The position numbers were made by a program, and so were the translations under genes. Below, one piece after another: positions 5,535 through 6,616 of a stretch of DNA of 6,616 bases. The stretch's first letter is position 1. Each line of letters begins with the position of its first letter. Origin of the DNA: Candidatus Odinarchaeia archaeon. GTDB lineage: Archaea; Asgardarchaeota; Odinarchaeia; Odinarchaeales; Odinarchaeaceae. Under the pieces are notes generated by a model. It ran no database searches, was not told where the DNA came from, and worked only from the letters and a program-made list of their open reading frames with translations. The stretch covers positions 1 through 6,616 of the forward strand of contig JAHQXC010000070.1 of the NCBI GenBank assembly GCA_029856525.1. Direction: 5' to 3'.

Positions 5535-6616
5535 TTCCTTTTTCACCTATTATGTCAATCATCTCCAACATATCCATTAGAGGAGTTTTATATACTATAT
5601 TTTTTCCGTTGTCTTCCATATCCTTTCTCCAACAGAAACTATCACAATCAAATTTTGAGTTCAAGCCGTTAAGTATTTGTTTAACTGCTGCTCTCTTCTC
5701 CTCGTCTAAACGAGCTATTTGATAGAGTAGAAAGTTAATTGATTGAAGCCTACCATTCCATAGAACCTGCTTTAAAATATTTCTTTGAGTAGACTTAAAG
5801 ATGTTTTTAAACTGCTCACCGGTTTTTCTCAGTAATTTTAACTCTGATAATGTAAACGGTCTCATGGTAAGTTTAACTGATTTCTCCCTGTTAAAGTATA
5901 AGCTATTAATAAGATCATCGCTCGATTCAACTCCTACCGAACTTGTAAGATATAGAAATGATAGTGAACTCTCTATTTTACGTTTAGCTGTTTTCTTAGC
6001 TGATTTCAATAATGATTCAGCTAGTTTTTCAACAAAGTATACTGGAAACTTAGGTTTAGAGATGACTGCTCCGACAGCCATCGTTATCTTCTCGCTAGGT
6101 TTTAAATTTAGTTTTTCCTCTAAACCCTTAATCTGTGCGTCGAATGATTCTAAAAAATTGAGCACGAAATCGAACATGAAACTTGAACTAATAAACAGTG
6201 AAACATCATCCCCGCCGATGTTAACTATTTCAAAAGGAATACACTCTGAATCAGATTGAACCAGGTTAATTAATTCATCTTTACCACCGAAAGTATTAAC
6301 TAAGGCATTATAAACAGAAGCGATGACGGTTTCGTTAATACTAGTTGAAATACTTTTGTAATTTGAAGGGGACCGCGCTCTCGCTAAAAGTGAGCCGATA
6401 TCATTTCCATCAGCGTAAATATAAGATATGTAACCTGATTTCCTACCTATATCATCTAAGGTAGAAGGCATTTTACTAATAAACAACTCTGCTTTATCAA
6501 CGTCTAATTCTAATGAGTCTATAAATCTTTTATAGAAAATTAATTTTTTATCGCGTTGTTTTTCTCTTTTTAACTTACAGATATTACATATAAATAGATC
6601 TCCTTCTATGCTATCT
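5527..6616 (-). CDS. cas10: Cas10 (type III large subunit, III-D-like), C-terminal part; 5' end lies outside the window
   Basis: The track ORF starts at a TTG (6486), but the frame stays open to the edge. My translation of 6615-6487 is DSIEGDLFICNICKLKREKQRDKKLIFYKRFIDSLELDVDKAE, which contains a CxxC (6577-6588). Palm2 motifs YADGNDIG (DGNDIG at 6394-6411) and PFEIVNIGGDD (GGDD at 6205-6216) are present, followed by LLKSAKK, MRPFTL and a helical C-terminal domain. Stop TAA at 5527-5529. Confidence 0.95.
   Translation of the reverse strand, partial: DSIEGDLFICNICKLKREKQRDKKLIFYKRFIDSLELDVDKAELFISKMPSTLDDIGRKSGYISYIYADGNDIGSLLARARSPSNYKSISTSINETVIASVYNALVNTFGGKDELINLVQSDSECIPFEIVNIGGDDVSLFISSSFMFDFVLNFLESFDAQIKGLEEKLNLKPSEKITMAVGAVISKPKFPVYFVEKLAESLLKSAKKTAKRKIESSLSFLYLTSSVGVESSDDLINSLYFNREKSVKLTMRPFTLSELKLLRKTGEQFKNIFKSTQRNILKQVLWNGRLQSINFLLYQIARLDEEKRAAVKQILNGLNSKFDCDSFCWRKDMEDNGKNIVYKTPLMDMLEMIDIIGEKGNV
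5543..5548 (-). promoter_or_regulatory. Shine-Dalgarno site AGGTGA (Cas7-a)
   Basis: 8 nt upstream of ATG 5534. Confidence 0.65.

Larger units (their letters stand above)
1..6616 (-). other. Type III-D-like CRISPR-Cas effector operon (partial at both ends)
   Basis: The order cas10-cas7-csx10-cas11-cas7-cas7-csx19-cas7 on one strand with overlapping stop/start codons. csx10 plus csx19 are the subtype III-D signature. Confidence 0.88.

Noticed and set aside
1112-6225. Recurrent GTTAAC palindromes and short inverted repeats (e.g. GAGGTTAACTC near 2565, TTGAA-TTC-TTCAA near 340)
   Set aside because: There are about five copies, irregularly spaced inside coding sequence. This is not clearly above expectation for AT-rich DNA, and the stems are too short and weak.
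338-6259. Eight plus-strand ORFs of 62-152 aa (338, 1871, 2640, 3072, 4034, 4951, 5233, 5801)
   Set aside because: Each lies wholly antisense to a well-supported cas gene, and all eight sit in the same register (+1 offset) relative to the sense codons, where antisense stops are naturally rare. They are Ser/Leu/Phe-rich with no recognisable motifs, as expected of shadow ORFs.
6484-6486. TTG start giving a 319-aa stand-alone mini-Cas10
   Set aside because: The frame is open to the window edge and encodes the Cas10 CxxC upstream, so this is an edge truncation and not a short variant.
1-6616. CRISPR array, cas1/cas2/cas6, or anti-CRISPR genes
   Set aside because: No spaced direct repeats were seen and there is no intergenic room (the largest gap is 12 nt). 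None of the ORFs shows those families' motifs.
1-6616. Calling the locus a wholly new biological system
   Set aside because: Eight of the nine genes fit known type III-D components in canonical order. Any novelty is limited to the ninth ORF, the active-site variants and the unseen flanking genes.

Overview
The window is almost entirely coding, AT-rich (about one third GC by eye), and holds one minus-strand operon: the interference module of a type III CRISPR-Cas system, most consistent with subtype III-D. In transcription order (right to left): the 3' part of cas10 (Zn-finger half, Palm2 with intact GGDD, helical C-terminus; truncated by the right edge), Cas7-a, Csx10 (Cas5 group), Cas11/Csm2, Cas7-b, Cas7-c, Csx19, a compact terminal Cas7-d, and an ORF of at least 100 codons that the supplied track missed (301 to the left edge) and that resembles a second, divergent Cas11-like small subunit. 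Genes are joined by 4- or 8-nt overlaps, with one 12-nt gap, and most have GGTG-type Shine-Dalgarno sites. No CRISPR array, cas1/cas2, cas6 or cOA effector is visible. All eight plus-strand ORFs in the track are antisense shadows. The system class is known. The most interesting points are the extra Cas11-like gene, a Glu in place of the catalytic Asp in Cas7-c, the unfused four-Cas7 layout, and a strong RBS for an unseen gene just beyond the left edge. Family calls come from motif recognition, not database searches.
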